In this document: in pieces, positions 1 to 9,016 of the stretch
Layout: each line of letters starts with the position of its first letter
How positions within the stretch are numbered: the first letter of the stretch is position 1
Source of the DNA: Gammaproteobacteria bacterium
Lineage (GTDB): Bacteria; Pseudomonadota; Gammaproteobacteria; JADZEE01
DNA length: 64,000 nt
Assembly (NCBI GenBank): GCA_965225625.1
Contig: CBDDBH010000026.1
Location: forward strand, 3,561 to 67,560
Direction of reading: 5' to 3'
Notes under the pieces: generated by a model
Told to the model about the DNA's origin: nothing
Databases searched by the model: none
What the model saw: only the letters and a program-made list of their open reading frames with translations
Translations under genes and position numbers: made by a program

Positions 1-1
1 C

Positions 2-1168
2 GACGTCATTGCACCACCGTATGACGTGTTGACCAGCGCTGAAGCACGTACGGCTGCCAACGGCAAACTTTGGAGTTTTTTGCATATATCGAAAGCCGAG
101 ATTGATTTACCGCAATCGGTTAATCCCTACGCGCCTGAGGTTTATGCAAAAGCCGCCGAGAATTTGCGAACGATGTTGTCCAAGGGCGTGTTGGCACGCG
201 ATCCGAAATCCTGTTATTACCTTTATCGACTTCGTCGTAACGGCCACACCCAGACAGGCCTGGTCGCTACCGCCTCTGTAGCCGCGTATCGAACAAACCG
301 GATCCGCCGTCACGAACACACCATGCCTGCAAAAGAAGAAGATCGTATGCGGCAGATCGATGCGCTGAATGCACAGACCGGCCCGGTTCTGCTCGCGTAT
401 CCGCCTGCGCCGAAAATCGACGCCTTACTGGCCGAGCATGGTGGCTCGCAGCCGGAGTTTTCGGTTGTTGCCGATGACGTGGAACACGCATTCTGGATCG
501 TGTCGGAGGATAGCGCGATTGATCGGTTTACCACGGCATTTGATGATGTCACGGCGCTGTATATCGCCGACGGACACCACCGTACCGGTGCAGCCGCGCG
601 CATTGCCGATATGCGCGGCGCGGACCCAGAGGCGGCCCATCAGCAATTTCTCAGCGTAATTTTTCCGGCACACGAGATGCGGATCCTCGATTACAACCGG
701 GTCGTTGCGGATCTGAATGGCCTGAGCGCCGACGCGCTGCTCAAAAGACTTGCCGAGACGTTCGTTGTCGAATCGCAGAGCGGCGCGGCGCGGCCGGCAA
801 CAAAGCTGCAATTTGGAATGTACCTTGCCGGCCAATGGTACCGATTGGTAATAAAAGATCTTCCACCACCAGAGCGTCCAGCCGAGTTGCTGGATGCGAA
901 TTTGCTGACGTCGCGGCTGTTAAACCCTGTGTTGGGCGTGCAGGATATTCGCACCGATCCACGAGTCGAATTCGTCGGCGGCGGCCGTGGACTGATTGAA
1001 CTGGAGCGACGCGTTGACAACGGCGAGATGGCAGTGGCTTTCGCGCTGTATCCGCCCAGCATGGTCGAGCTTATGAGCATTGCCGACGCCGCCGATGTTA
1101 TGCCACCTAAATCCACGTGGTTCGAACCCAAACTCGCCGACGGCCTGGTGTCCCACGTATTGGACTAG
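2..1168 (+). CDS. DUF1015 family protein (5' end lies before the window)
   Basis: Frame is open from base 2 (DVIAPPYDVL...). Family motifs YIADGHHR and C-terminal MPPKSTWFEPKLADGL are present. Confidence 0.9.
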   Translation, partial: DVIAPPYDVLTSAEARTAANGKLWSFLHISKAEIDLPQSVNPYAPEVYAKAAENLRTMLSKGVLARDPKSCYYLYRLRRNGHTQTGLVATASVAAYRTNRIRRHEHTMPAKEEDRMRQIDALNAQTGPVLLAYPPAPKIDALLAEHGGSQPEFSVVADDVEHAFWIVSEDSAIDRFTTAFDDVTALYIADGHHRTGAAARIADMRGADPEAAHQQFLSVIFPAHEMRILDYNRVVADLNGLSADALLKRLAETFVVESQSGAARPATKLQFGMYLAGQWYRLVIKDLPPPERPAELLDANLLTSRLLNPVLGVQDIRTDPRVEFVGGGRGLIELERRVDNGEMAVAFALYPPSMVELMSIADAADVMPPKSTWFEPKLADGLVSHVLD

Positions 1169-1249
1169 CAGCTCAAATGACCGCGAGCAGGCGAAACTAC
1201 CGTGCTAAGCTTCGGCCCGCGTAGTGCGTGAATATGCAGGTTACCCCAC

Positions 1250-1717
1250 ATGCCGATAAGCAACACTCATATGGAACGGGCTATACGAGGCTACTTCGAC
1301 GCCTGCAACGCCGCGGACGTCAACGTGCTGATGTCGTTTTTTACAACCGACGCCGTGCATTACTTTCCGGCTGGCAGTCCCTTCGGCGCCTTGCGTGGGG
1401 CGAGAACGATCGCTGAAAATTGGGTGGAATGCGTCGATAAATTAGGATCCTGGTGGACGGTCGATCGCTACATTGGTGACGTCGACAAACGCGAAGCCGT
1501 GATCGAGTGGACTCATTTCAAATCCAAAGCTGGCGGCTATCTGCGCGGTGACGAATGGTACAAATTCGACAGCGCGGGGTTGATCACGGAAATCCGCGCT
1601 TATTATGCCTGCGCCGCCCACAACGGAGTCGAACAACACGAAATCGGGGAGTATCCCTACGACGAGCAGGCCTATCCTGTAGAGCTGCCGGAAGACGCCG
1701 TCCGCGCCGGGCGCTAA
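1250..1717 (+). CDS. NTF2/SnoaL-like fold protein
   Basis: 155 aa; pattern IRGYFDACNAAD...FTTDAVHY...AVIEWT...RGDEWYKF...ITEIRAYY. Confidence 0.8.
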   Translation: MPISNTHMERAIRGYFDACNAADVNVLMSFFTTDAVHYFPAGSPFGALRGARTIAENWVECVDKLGSWWTVDRYIGDVDKREAVIEWTHFKSKAGGYLRGDEWYKFDSAGLITEIRAYYACAAHNGVEQHEIGEYPYDEQAYPVELPEDAVRAGR

Positions 1718-1744
1718 GGTGAATTAGGCCCTAAACGGGATTGG

Positions 1745-2374
1745 CTAATATTGGTAGCCGATCCTCACGCTGAAAAAGTTCATCCCATCGTTATCGTCGT
1801 CGAGGCCGGCATTGGACATATGCGCGGCCACACCCGAGATAGACCAGTGGTCGTCCCAGCGGAACCCCAACTCGAAACCTTCCCGGAACATGACTCTCGT
1901 GCCTAGTGAAGGTTCGTCGTTATCTACTAACACCCTGTTGCCAGGCAACGAGCAGGTCTCGGTTGGCCCACATTGACGGGTCTCCGTGTGCAATTGGCCG
2001 CTGTGAACAACCCCACTAAGATTGATGTTAAAGAACACGTTGTCACTAAGATTCGCAACCCACGTCATCCCGAGGTAACCGGTGTGTGTGTCACCCTCGG
2101 TATTTATCGTGCCGCCCAGCATGGGGTGGGGCGAGAACAGGAAATCAACGAACGCATTGTCCGTATGAAACAGGTCCAATCGGGGGAAAAGAATTTCCAG
2201 ATTAACGTCGACAGAGTCGGACGCGCCGTTATCGCCGCCGACATCGTGCGCAAAAAAACCGATCTTCGCATCGAACATGCTAAAGGGGCCGCTTTCGCGA
2301 TTATCTGCGGCAAACACAGCAACCCCAGCGTTTGCGAGCGATACCGTCAAAATTAGATTCGACAACCAGCGCAT
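1745..2374 (-). CDS. Outer-membrane beta-barrel, lipid A 3-O-deacylase (PagL-like) / acyloxyacyl hydrolase family
   Basis: Signal peptide; C-terminal HMSNAGLDDDNDGMN (HxSNAG...NxGxN) motif; terminal aromatic GYQY. Confidence 0.8.
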   Translation of the reverse strand: MRWLSNLILTVSLANAGVAVFAADNRESGPFSMFDAKIGFFAHDVGGDNGASDSVDVNLEILFPRLDLFHTDNAFVDFLFSPHPMLGGTINTEGDTHTGYLGMTWVANLSDNVFFNINLSGVVHSGQLHTETRQCGPTETCSLPGNRVLVDNDEPSLGTRVMFREGFELGFRWDDHWSISGVAAHMSNAGLDDDNDGMNFFSVRIGYQY

Positions 2375-2479
2375 ACGATTAGATTTTATTGTTCAACCCC
2401 CGCGCTGGATGGTGCCAGCACCGACATCGAGTTTCAAGCGCCGGGCTTGCCGAAACACCCCTGCAATCACTGAACTGTC

Positions 2480-3508
2480 TTACTCGGACCTTATCTTTTT
2501 TGGATCGACTGTTCCCCGACCAGCCAGGCGGGCGAGCAAATCACTGAGCTTGAGGCCTGTATCAGCGTCGAACCAATGTTCAATCAATCGATAGGCGATC
2601 GAAATGTCGGGCGGGATCTTCAGGCTTCCTGCTTCCAACTCGGCGACAATTTGTGCGCGCGTTAACCAACGCGCATCCTCCAATTCCTGGTCGTTGCGGC
2701 GAATGTCGTCACTACTGGCCAGCGCATGAAAACCCAGCATAATCGAACCGGGAAATGGCCAAGGCTGTGAGGAATGGTAGTGCACCTCGGCCACTTCGAT
2801 ATTGGTCTCCTCGTGTACCTCGCGCAGCACCGCAGCTTCCAGCGTTTCACCTGGTTCCACAAAACCGGCTACCGTCGAATACATGCCTGGGGGCCAAATT
2901 GCCTGGCGAGCCAGCAGGCAACGTTCCCTGCGTTCGACCAGCACGATAATTGCCGGATCGGTTCTCGGATGGTGCTGGGTCGCGCAGGCTGCATCACTGC
3001 AAACCCGAGCGTGGCCGGCTTCGATGATCTGCGTACGCTGGCCACAGCGGCCGCAGAATTGGTGCTGCTGATGCCAATAAGCCAATGCCCGCGAGTACGC
3101 AAGCACGGCGGCGTCACCCGCGTCCAACTCACGGCTCAGATGGCGCAGATCGCTAAAGCGTCCGTGGTCGGCGAACCGTTCCGACATCGCATCATCCTGC
3201 GGCGGCAAGCCGACAACGAATAAGGTGTGTTCTCCGCGAGTTCCCAGTAACGCCAAGGTATCGGTTTCATTAATGAAATCTGCGACCGCATCCCGTGTCA
3301 GCCAAACGGGCGTCGTCGTAGCCAGGTTGGCGAACAAATTCTTAGTTCGCCATACCGCCACAAAACGCGTGTGTTGATCGGCCAACCGCTCGGCCACCCA
3401 ATCGTTATCGGTGCGGCGCAGACTGACCTTGTCCAGGTCCAGCATCGCGAACGCATTGCGGGTCGATCGAGCCAGGTTATCCATCGATTGAAGTTTGCTC
3501 CGACGCAT
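2480..3508 (-). CDS. nudC: NADH pyrophosphatase NudC (true start may be up to ~20 codons downstream)
   Basis: Zn ribbon FCGRCG...C...C, Nudix box GFVEPGETLEAAVLREVHEET, signature SQPWPFPGS. Confidence 0.95.
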   Translation of the reverse strand: MRRSKLQSMDNLARSTRNAFAMLDLDKVSLRRTDNDWVAERLADQHTRFVAVWRTKNLFANLATTTPVWLTRDAVADFINETDTLALLGTRGEHTLFVVGLPPQDDAMSERFADHGRFSDLRHLSRELDAGDAAVLAYSRALAYWHQQHQFCGRCGQRTQIIEAGHARVCSDAACATQHHPRTDPAIIVLVERRERCLLARQAIWPPGMYSTVAGFVEPGETLEAAVLREVHEETNIEVAEVHYHSSQPWPFPGSIMLGFHALASSDDIRRNDQELEDARWLTRAQIVAELEAGSLKIPPDISIAYRLIEHWFDADTGLKLSDLLARLAGRGTVDPKKIRSE

Positions 3509-3553
3509 GAAAAATGACGTATCCTAATAACGTCGATTGAAAGGCTAGCAAGT

Positions 3554-3893
3554 ATGCCCCGTTACGACTACCACTGCCGAAGACAATGAACAGACCCTCG
3601 AGGTCGAACATGCCGCGGGCATAGATCTCAAAACCTGGGGTGAATTGTGTTACGCCAAACAGCACCCGCTCGGTGACACGGACCCAATGGCAGCAGTGCG
3701 CAAGGTCTACACGGCGCCCAACATATCGGTTCCCATCGGTAACAGCCAAATAAAAAATGCCGGCTTCACGAAACTCGTCAAACGCGACAACGGCGTCTAC
3801 GAGAATGTAACCGCAACTGGCAACGAAAAGCGTTACATGCGAGCCGACGACCCGGACTCCGTTCCGGATCTCAGGAAGAAGATCGGTGATTAG
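3554..3893 (+). pseudogene. FmdB-like zinc-ribbon family small protein, frameshifted near 3578 (sequencing error or pseudogene)
   Basis: ATG at 3554 reads MPRYDYHC then stops at 3587. Removing one base at ~3578 gives EDNEQTLEVEH...TWGELC, continuous with ORF 3645..3893. Confidence 0.7.
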
Positions 3894-3918
3894 CCCGGCG
3901 CGTTAAACGCGCTCGACC

Positions 3919-4671
3919 ATGCTAGACAGCCCGTTTTTTTACGCAGTCGCAGTTCCCGCAGTGCTGATAACAGCGATCGCCAAAGGCGGCTTCGGTTCTG
4001 GCGTCGGCGGTCTGGGCGTACCGTTGATGTCGCTGGCCATCGCGCCGCCACAGGCGGCGGCAATCATGCTGCCGATACTCTGTCTCATGGACCTGTTCAG
4101 TTGTTGGGCCTATCGCGGTAAATGGGATCGCCGCAACATGCGGATTATGCTGCCGGCAGCTATGGTCGGAATGGCGCTGGGTACGCTTATGTTCGGCGTA
4201 TTGGAAGCTGATCACATCCGCCTGATGTTGGGTTTAATCGCTGTGAGCTTCTCCCTGGACTATTGGCTGCGTCCCAAACAGCTCGCGGCCAAGTCACCGA
4301 GTGCCCTCGCCGGCAGTTTCTGGAGTGCCGCAGCGGGATTTACGAGTTTTCTTGCACATTCCGGCGGTCCGCCGCTAAGCGTATATCTACTACCACAACG
4401 TTTAGATCGGACCGTATTTGTAGCGACCAGCGTGTTTTTCTTCTTTGTTATCAATTATGTCAAACTGCTCCCCTATGCTTGGCTGGGTTTGTTCGATTTC
4501 ACTAATCTCGCGACGTCCGCTGTGCTCGCACCGCTGGCGCCCATCGGCATATGGCTGGGCCTCGTTTTACACCAGCGTATTAGCGACCAGCTGTTCTATC
4601 GTATCTGCTATTGGGCACTGTTTCTGGTGGGCGTCAAACTGTTGTGGGACGGTGCCAGCGCGTACATTTGA
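3919..4671 (+). CDS. Sulfite exporter TauE/SafE family membrane protein
   Basis: Multi-TM 250 aa; AKGGFGSG and GFTSFLAHSGGPP motifs. Confidence 0.9.
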   Translation: MLDSPFFYAVAVPAVLITAIAKGGFGSGVGGLGVPLMSLAIAPPQAAAIMLPILCLMDLFSCWAYRGKWDRRNMRIMLPAAMVGMALGTLMFGVLEADHIRLMLGLIAVSFSLDYWLRPKQLAAKSPSALAGSFWSAAAGFTSFLAHSGGPPLSVYLLPQRLDRTVFVATSVFFFFVINYVKLLPYAWLGLFDFTNLATSAVLAPLAPIGIWLGLVLHQRISDQLFYRICYWALFLVGVKLLWDGASAYI

Positions 4672-4679
4672 GTACGGCT

Positions 4680-5330
4680 ATGCATATTGAACGCTTACTG
4701 GCAGCAGCGATCTTCTGTTCATTGTTGTGCTGTGGTAGCTCGCAAACGTTGACACCCGATGAAGTCGCGACCCAATTTTGGCGGGCGATCGAATCGGGTA
4801 ACGCGAAAGCGGCGCGCAAATACGTGTCCGCAGAAGCGCGCAGCAGTGAATCGCTTGGTAAAGATATTCTTGAATTAGAGGAAATCAGCTTCGGCAAAGT
4901 CATCATCGATGGAGAATCGGCAATCGTCGAGACCACTGTGGTAGTACTCAGCGATCGCCCACTGACCCTGCCGCTGAACACGGTGCTGGTTAAAGAAGGC
5001 GCTGAGTGGAAAGTCGACTACAACGCCACCGTTAGCTCGATTTCTCTGAACAGTGCACTTGCGAGAGTGCTGCAAAGTGTCAGGGAATACGGTGAACGTT
5101 TCGCATCCCAACTAAATCGCTCAATCGACGAGATGCGGGCCCAACTACCGGAAATCGAACGTGAGGTGCGACGTATCGAAGAGTCGTTAAAAGCGAATAT
5201 CCCGGAACTGCGCAAACGCATCGAAGAGTTCGCCAAATCTCTGAACGACGCTCTCAATGGGACGCCAGCCGAACAGGCACCGCTTCCGCAGGAAGCGTCG
5301 CCCAGCGAGCCTACGACGACGGCAATCTAG
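4680..5330 (+). CDS. Putative lipoprotein, NTF2-like N-domain plus coiled-coil C-terminus
   Basis: ATG at 4680; hydrophobic leader ending LLCCG; TPDEVATQFW...WKVDY domain; heptad-rich tail. Confidence 0.65.
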   Translation: MHIERLLAAAIFCSLLCCGSSQTLTPDEVATQFWRAIESGNAKAARKYVSAEARSSESLGKDILELEEISFGKVIIDGESAIVETTVVVLSDRPLTLPLNTVLVKEGAEWKVDYNATVSSISLNSALARVLQSVREYGERFASQLNRSIDEMRAQLPEIEREVRRIEESLKANIPELRKRIEEFAKSLNDALNGTPAEQAPLPQEASPSEPTTTAI

Positions 5331-5345
5331 AGCGCAATATCCGGC

Positions 5346-6329
5346 TTAGTGATGCCGCTGCACCGGCGCGGATGCTGGCAGTGCGTCACGGCCATGAGCT
5401 GCGTTAAAATCGACCAGTGGTCCCTTCGGGATCGTGCCGACCGGATTACGGTCACCCTGACGCCAATACCCGGCCTTTATATGATCCGGGTTGACGGTGC
5501 CCGCGACGCCATCAACCTGATACAACTCGCAGGTATAGCCCCATAGATTTGGATAGTCGATCAACCTGTGTTTGTTGCATTTGAAAACGCCGTTATACGC
5601 CAATTCAAAACGGACCAAGGTCGGAAACAATCGCCAATCCGCTTCTGTGATTTGCTCGCCGGCAACGTAACGTTGAGCGCTCAATCGCTGTTCCAGGGAA
5701 TCAAAAGCGCTAAACACCATGTTGTAGCCTTCTTCATAGGCTTGCTGCGATTTTGCAAACCCTGCGCGATAGACCCCATTGTTCACGTTCTGATAGACAA
5801 AGTCGTTTACCTCATCTATTGCCGGTCGCAAGTGTTGCGGATAGTAATCATTTCTATCCTCGGTAACGGCATCGAACGCGGAGTTGAACATCCGAATGAT
5901 CTCGGCAGATTCATTATTAACCACTACCTTGCGCTCTTTATCCCAAAGCACCGGCACTGTGAAGCGTCCGTCATAATCCGGATCCGTTGCGAAATAGGCC
6001 TCGCGCAGATATTTAAATCCATTCACCGTATCCGCAATGGCGCCGGGGTAGTCGCCGAAGGTCCAGCCTGCATCGGTACGTTGCGGCATCACGATCGACA
6101 TCGTGATCGCATCCTGCAAACCCTTGAGCGCACGGAAAATTACAGTGCGATGTGCCCACGGACAGTTCAACGCGACATACAGATGGTAGCGCCCTGCGGC
6201 GGCCGCAAATCCACCGATGCCGCTAGGGCCTGGCGCGCCGTCTGGGGTAACCCAGCTACGGATTTGTGAATCCGCACGAACGAAACGTCCGCTCGCGTCG
6301 GTAGTGGGTGAATTTTTTATGTCAGCCAT
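5346..6329 (-). CDS. Glutathionyl-hydroquinone reductase (YqjG/Xi-class GST), paralog 2
   Basis: GRYHLYV..CPWAHR, TVPVLWDK, NNESAEIIRM, NNGVYRAGFA. Confidence 0.92.
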   Translation of the reverse strand: MADIKNSPTTDASGRFVRADSQIRSWVTPDGAPGPSGIGGFAAAAGRYHLYVALNCPWAHRTVIFRALKGLQDAITMSIVMPQRTDAGWTFGDYPGAIADTVNGFKYLREAYFATDPDYDGRFTVPVLWDKERKVVVNNESAEIIRMFNSAFDAVTEDRNDYYPQHLRPAIDEVNDFVYQNVNNGVYRAGFAKSQQAYEEGYNMVFSAFDSLEQRLSAQRYVAGEQITEADWRLFPTLVRFELAYNGVFKCNKHRLIDYPNLWGYTCELYQVDGVAGTVNPDHIKAGYWRQGDRNPVGTIPKGPLVDFNAAHGRDALPASAPVQRHH

Positions 6330-6338
6330 ACAGATCCC

Positions 6339-7349
6339 TCATGCCGCAGCAGGCAGGCGTGCCCGATCATGCGGTCGACCAAGATCCTGATCGGGGCCGC
6401 TGGGGATAATCGAGGTGACGCCGTACCACACGTTCTCAAGTGAGTAATAAAAACGTTTTAGATCGCCCGGATCCACCAACACCGGCAGACCCGGGGTTTG
6501 ATGGAGTTCACACAGGTAATTGCTCAAATTGGGGTAGTCGGCAACGCGCCGCAGGTTACATTTAAATAATCCGTAGTAAACCCAATCGAAGCGTAACAAA
6601 GTCGGATACAAACACCAGTCGGCTGCTGTAATCCGCTCGCCGAGTAAATACCGGGATTCACCCAAACGGCTTTCCAGACGGTCAAGACTTGCAAACAGCG
6701 CGTCGAATGCCTCTTCATACGCCTGTTGAGTAGTCGCGAATCCACATTTATAGACACCGTTATTGATGTTGTCGTAGACATCAGCGTTGAGTGCGTCGAT
6801 CTGCGATTGCAATGCCTGTGGATAAAGGTCCAGCTCCGGGTTATTAGATATATCGTTAAACGCGGAATTGAACATGCGAATAATTTCAGAGGACTCGTTA
6901 TTGACCAATTGCGCGGTCTGCTTGTCCCACAGCACCGGCACAGTGGCGCGTGTAGTGCAGTGCGGGTCGGCTTGCAAATAGACCTCATACAGGTATCGCG
7001 AGCGAAACAGAGGATCAGGCTCCGCACGCGGTTCGCTGTGAGCGTCTGTCGGGAAATACCAGCCGTTTTCGCTCATTTCCGGAACCAGACGGGTAACGGA
7101 AATCGCATCGTCCAGTCCTTTCAGGTGTCTTACGATCAATGTCCGGTGAGCCCAGGGGCAACCAGTTTGAACGTACAAGTGATAGCGTCCTGCTTGCGCC
7201 TTGAAACCAGCCTCGCCGGTCGGACCCGCGCTGCCGTCAGCGGTGACCCAATTGCGAAAGCTGCTGGCGCGGCGCTCAAACCGCCCGCCAGTTTCATCCG
7301 TGTTGTGATGCATCCCTGGATGCCACACGCCCTCTATCAATAGTCCCAC
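6339..7349 (-). CDS. yqjG: Glutathionyl-hydroquinone reductase (YqjG/Xi-class GST), paralog 1
   Basis: MGLLIEGVW start, CPWAHR, TVPVLWDK, NNESSEIIRM, NNGVYKCGFA. Confidence 0.92.
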   Translation of the reverse strand: MGLLIEGVWHPGMHHNTDETGGRFERRASSFRNWVTADGSAGPTGEAGFKAQAGRYHLYVQTGCPWAHRTLIVRHLKGLDDAISVTRLVPEMSENGWYFPTDAHSEPRAEPDPLFRSRYLYEVYLQADPHCTTRATVPVLWDKQTAQLVNNESSEIIRMFNSAFNDISNNPELDLYPQALQSQIDALNADVYDNINNGVYKCGFATTQQAYEEAFDALFASLDRLESRLGESRYLLGERITAADWCLYPTLLRFDWVYYGLFKCNLRRVADYPNLSNYLCELHQTPGLPVLVDPGDLKRFYYSLENVWYGVTSIIPSGPDQDLGRPHDRARLPAAA

Positions 7350-7447
7350 GCGTATTACCTCTGTGCCGTCAGCAGCGGCATTCTAGACCGGATGGCAGTC
7401 CTCAACTACCGTATGCTGCTGAAAACATCTACAGATCCTGGATCGAC

Positions 7448-8146
7448 ATGCGCTTCGCCCTGCTAATAATCATTACGATGCTGGTCGTGGCGCCGCTGCT
7501 GAGCGGCTGGTTGCGGCGCACACCGTCGCCGATGGTTGCGCGGCGCATCCGCCAGACTTTGATCTGGTTCGGTGTGATAGCACTCGTATTGTTGGCGGCA
7601 ACCGGCCATCTGCACTGGCTGACTGCCGTGATCGGGGGGCTGATCGCCTTGATCGCCAGATCGCTGCCGTTGTTAAGGTATCTGCCACTGGTCGAACGGC
7701 TGTGGCGACAGACGAGGGGGCATGGCCAGTCGGTTGTACAGACGCGATTCTTACGGCTCTGGGTTGATCCGCGCAGTGGTAACATCGATGGTGAGATCCT
7801 CGAGGGCGCCCACCAGGGACAACGGCTACAACAACTAGAGCGTGGTGAACTCGAAGCCTTGTACGATGCTTGGCGCGAGAACGACCCGGAGTCCAGCGCG
7901 CTGTTGCAAACTTATCTCCAGCGCCGTTACGGCTCCACCCATGGCACAGGACACACAACGCCGGCGCGCACAACACTAACGCGCGAGGAAGCGCTAGCGG
8001 TGCTCGGACTGGATGCTGACGCAAGCAGGGAACACATTATCGAAGCACATCGCCGCCTCATCCAGAAACTCCATCCGGACCGGGGCGGCTCAAGCTATTT
8101 GGCGGCCAAAATAAATCAGGCCAAAGATCTGTTAGTTGGTAAGTAG
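7448..8146 (+). CDS. Membrane-anchored protein with C-terminal J domain (DnaJ class C)
   Basis: N-terminal TM helices; EALAVLGL...HRRLIQKLHPDRGGSSYLAAKINQAKD with HPD motif. Confidence 0.88.
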   Translation: MRFALLIIITMLVVAPLLSGWLRRTPSPMVARRIRQTLIWFGVIALVLLAATGHLHWLTAVIGGLIALIARSLPLLRYLPLVERLWRQTRGHGQSVVQTRFLRLWVDPRSGNIDGEILEGAHQGQRLQQLERGELEALYDAWRENDPESSALLQTYLQRRYGSTHGTGHTTPARTTLTREEALAVLGLDADASREHIIEAHRRLIQKLHPDRGGSSYLAAKINQAKDLLVGK

Positions 8147-8163
8147 TCTGTCGCTTGCGCCAG

Positions 8164-8952
8164 TCAGCGCGACACGACCCGATCGTGACCCATCTCTTGA
8201 GCGTCCAGTAGTGCTTCCTCAAGGCGATGAAACAAGGGTTCCAATCCAGCTTTCGGATCCGTGCACGTCGTCACGCCAATTGTCACGGTGAATTCCAAAA
8301 CCTCGCTACCGGCCAGTACTGGCGTACGCGAGAGAATTTCCCGGATCCGGTTGGCGAGAATCACTGCATCGGCTGATTTGGTTTGTGGCTGCAAAATTAC
8401 GAACTCGGCGCCGCCGAAGCGCGCGAATAAGTCGACTGGGCGGATCTGCTTGCGAACCGTACCGGTCATATTTTGCAACAGTTTGTCGCCGGCCAGACGC
8501 CCGTGGGCTTCGTTTACTTTGCGAAAATCGTCAACCGCCAACAGCATTAGAGAGAACTGGCTGCCGTATCGTTTTGCCCGCTCGATCTCATTTTGAGTCA
8601 TCGAAATAAGGTGTTTTCGATTAAAAACCTGGGTCAGATCATCGAGTGTGGAGAGTGAATGCAATCGTTCTTCGGTAAGTTCGAGTCGCATCAACAACTT
8701 GAAAATGAAATAGATGAGCAAGGGTGACAACACAGCCGGTATCACGATGGCGATCACCAGGGAATCCCGGCTCATACTGGTCTGCAGCAAAAACAATAGA
8801 CCGGCGGTCATGGCCAGCGACACGGCGATAGCAACGATGGTCAGACCCAGGGCGGCCCAAAACAGGCCGATAAGGCGCAATTCGCGTCGGATCGCAAGTG
8901 ATACTGGGTCGTCGCCTATCTGCATGTTCACGGCCAATGCGAGCCATCGCAC
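8164..8952 (-). CDS. Membrane-bound degenerate GGDEF-domain protein
   Basis: Two TM segments, DDLTQVFNR, A-site reads GGAEF, I-site RPVD intact. Confidence 0.88.
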   Translation of the reverse strand: MRWLALAVNMQIGDDPVSLAIRRELRLIGLFWAALGLTIVAIAVSLAMTAGLLFLLQTSMSRDSLVIAIVIPAVLSPLLIYFIFKLLMRLELTEERLHSLSTLDDLTQVFNRKHLISMTQNEIERAKRYGSQFSLMLLAVDDFRKVNEAHGRLAGDKLLQNMTGTVRKQIRPVDLFARFGGAEFVILQPQTKSADAVILANRIREILSRTPVLAGSEVLEFTVTIGVTTCTDPKAGLEPLFHRLEEALLDAQEMGHDRVVSR

Positions 8953-9016
8953 GGCAAAACGTGGATCAGTTTACCCTGCGGCTACGTCGCCCGCAGCCGG
9001 ATTTTGGCCGGCGACC

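Noticed and set aside
3587-3589. TGA after a Cys-containing start as possible selenocysteine or readthrough
   Set aside because: The conserved-looking continuation is in a different frame, so a frameshift rather than readthrough explains it.
5568-6269. Long antisense or alternate-frame ORFs (e.g. 5568..6269, 11072..11878, 15452..16165, 53529..54308)
   Set aside because: They lie wholly opposite well-supported genes and have no family motifs. Such shadow ORFs are expected in GC-rich DNA.
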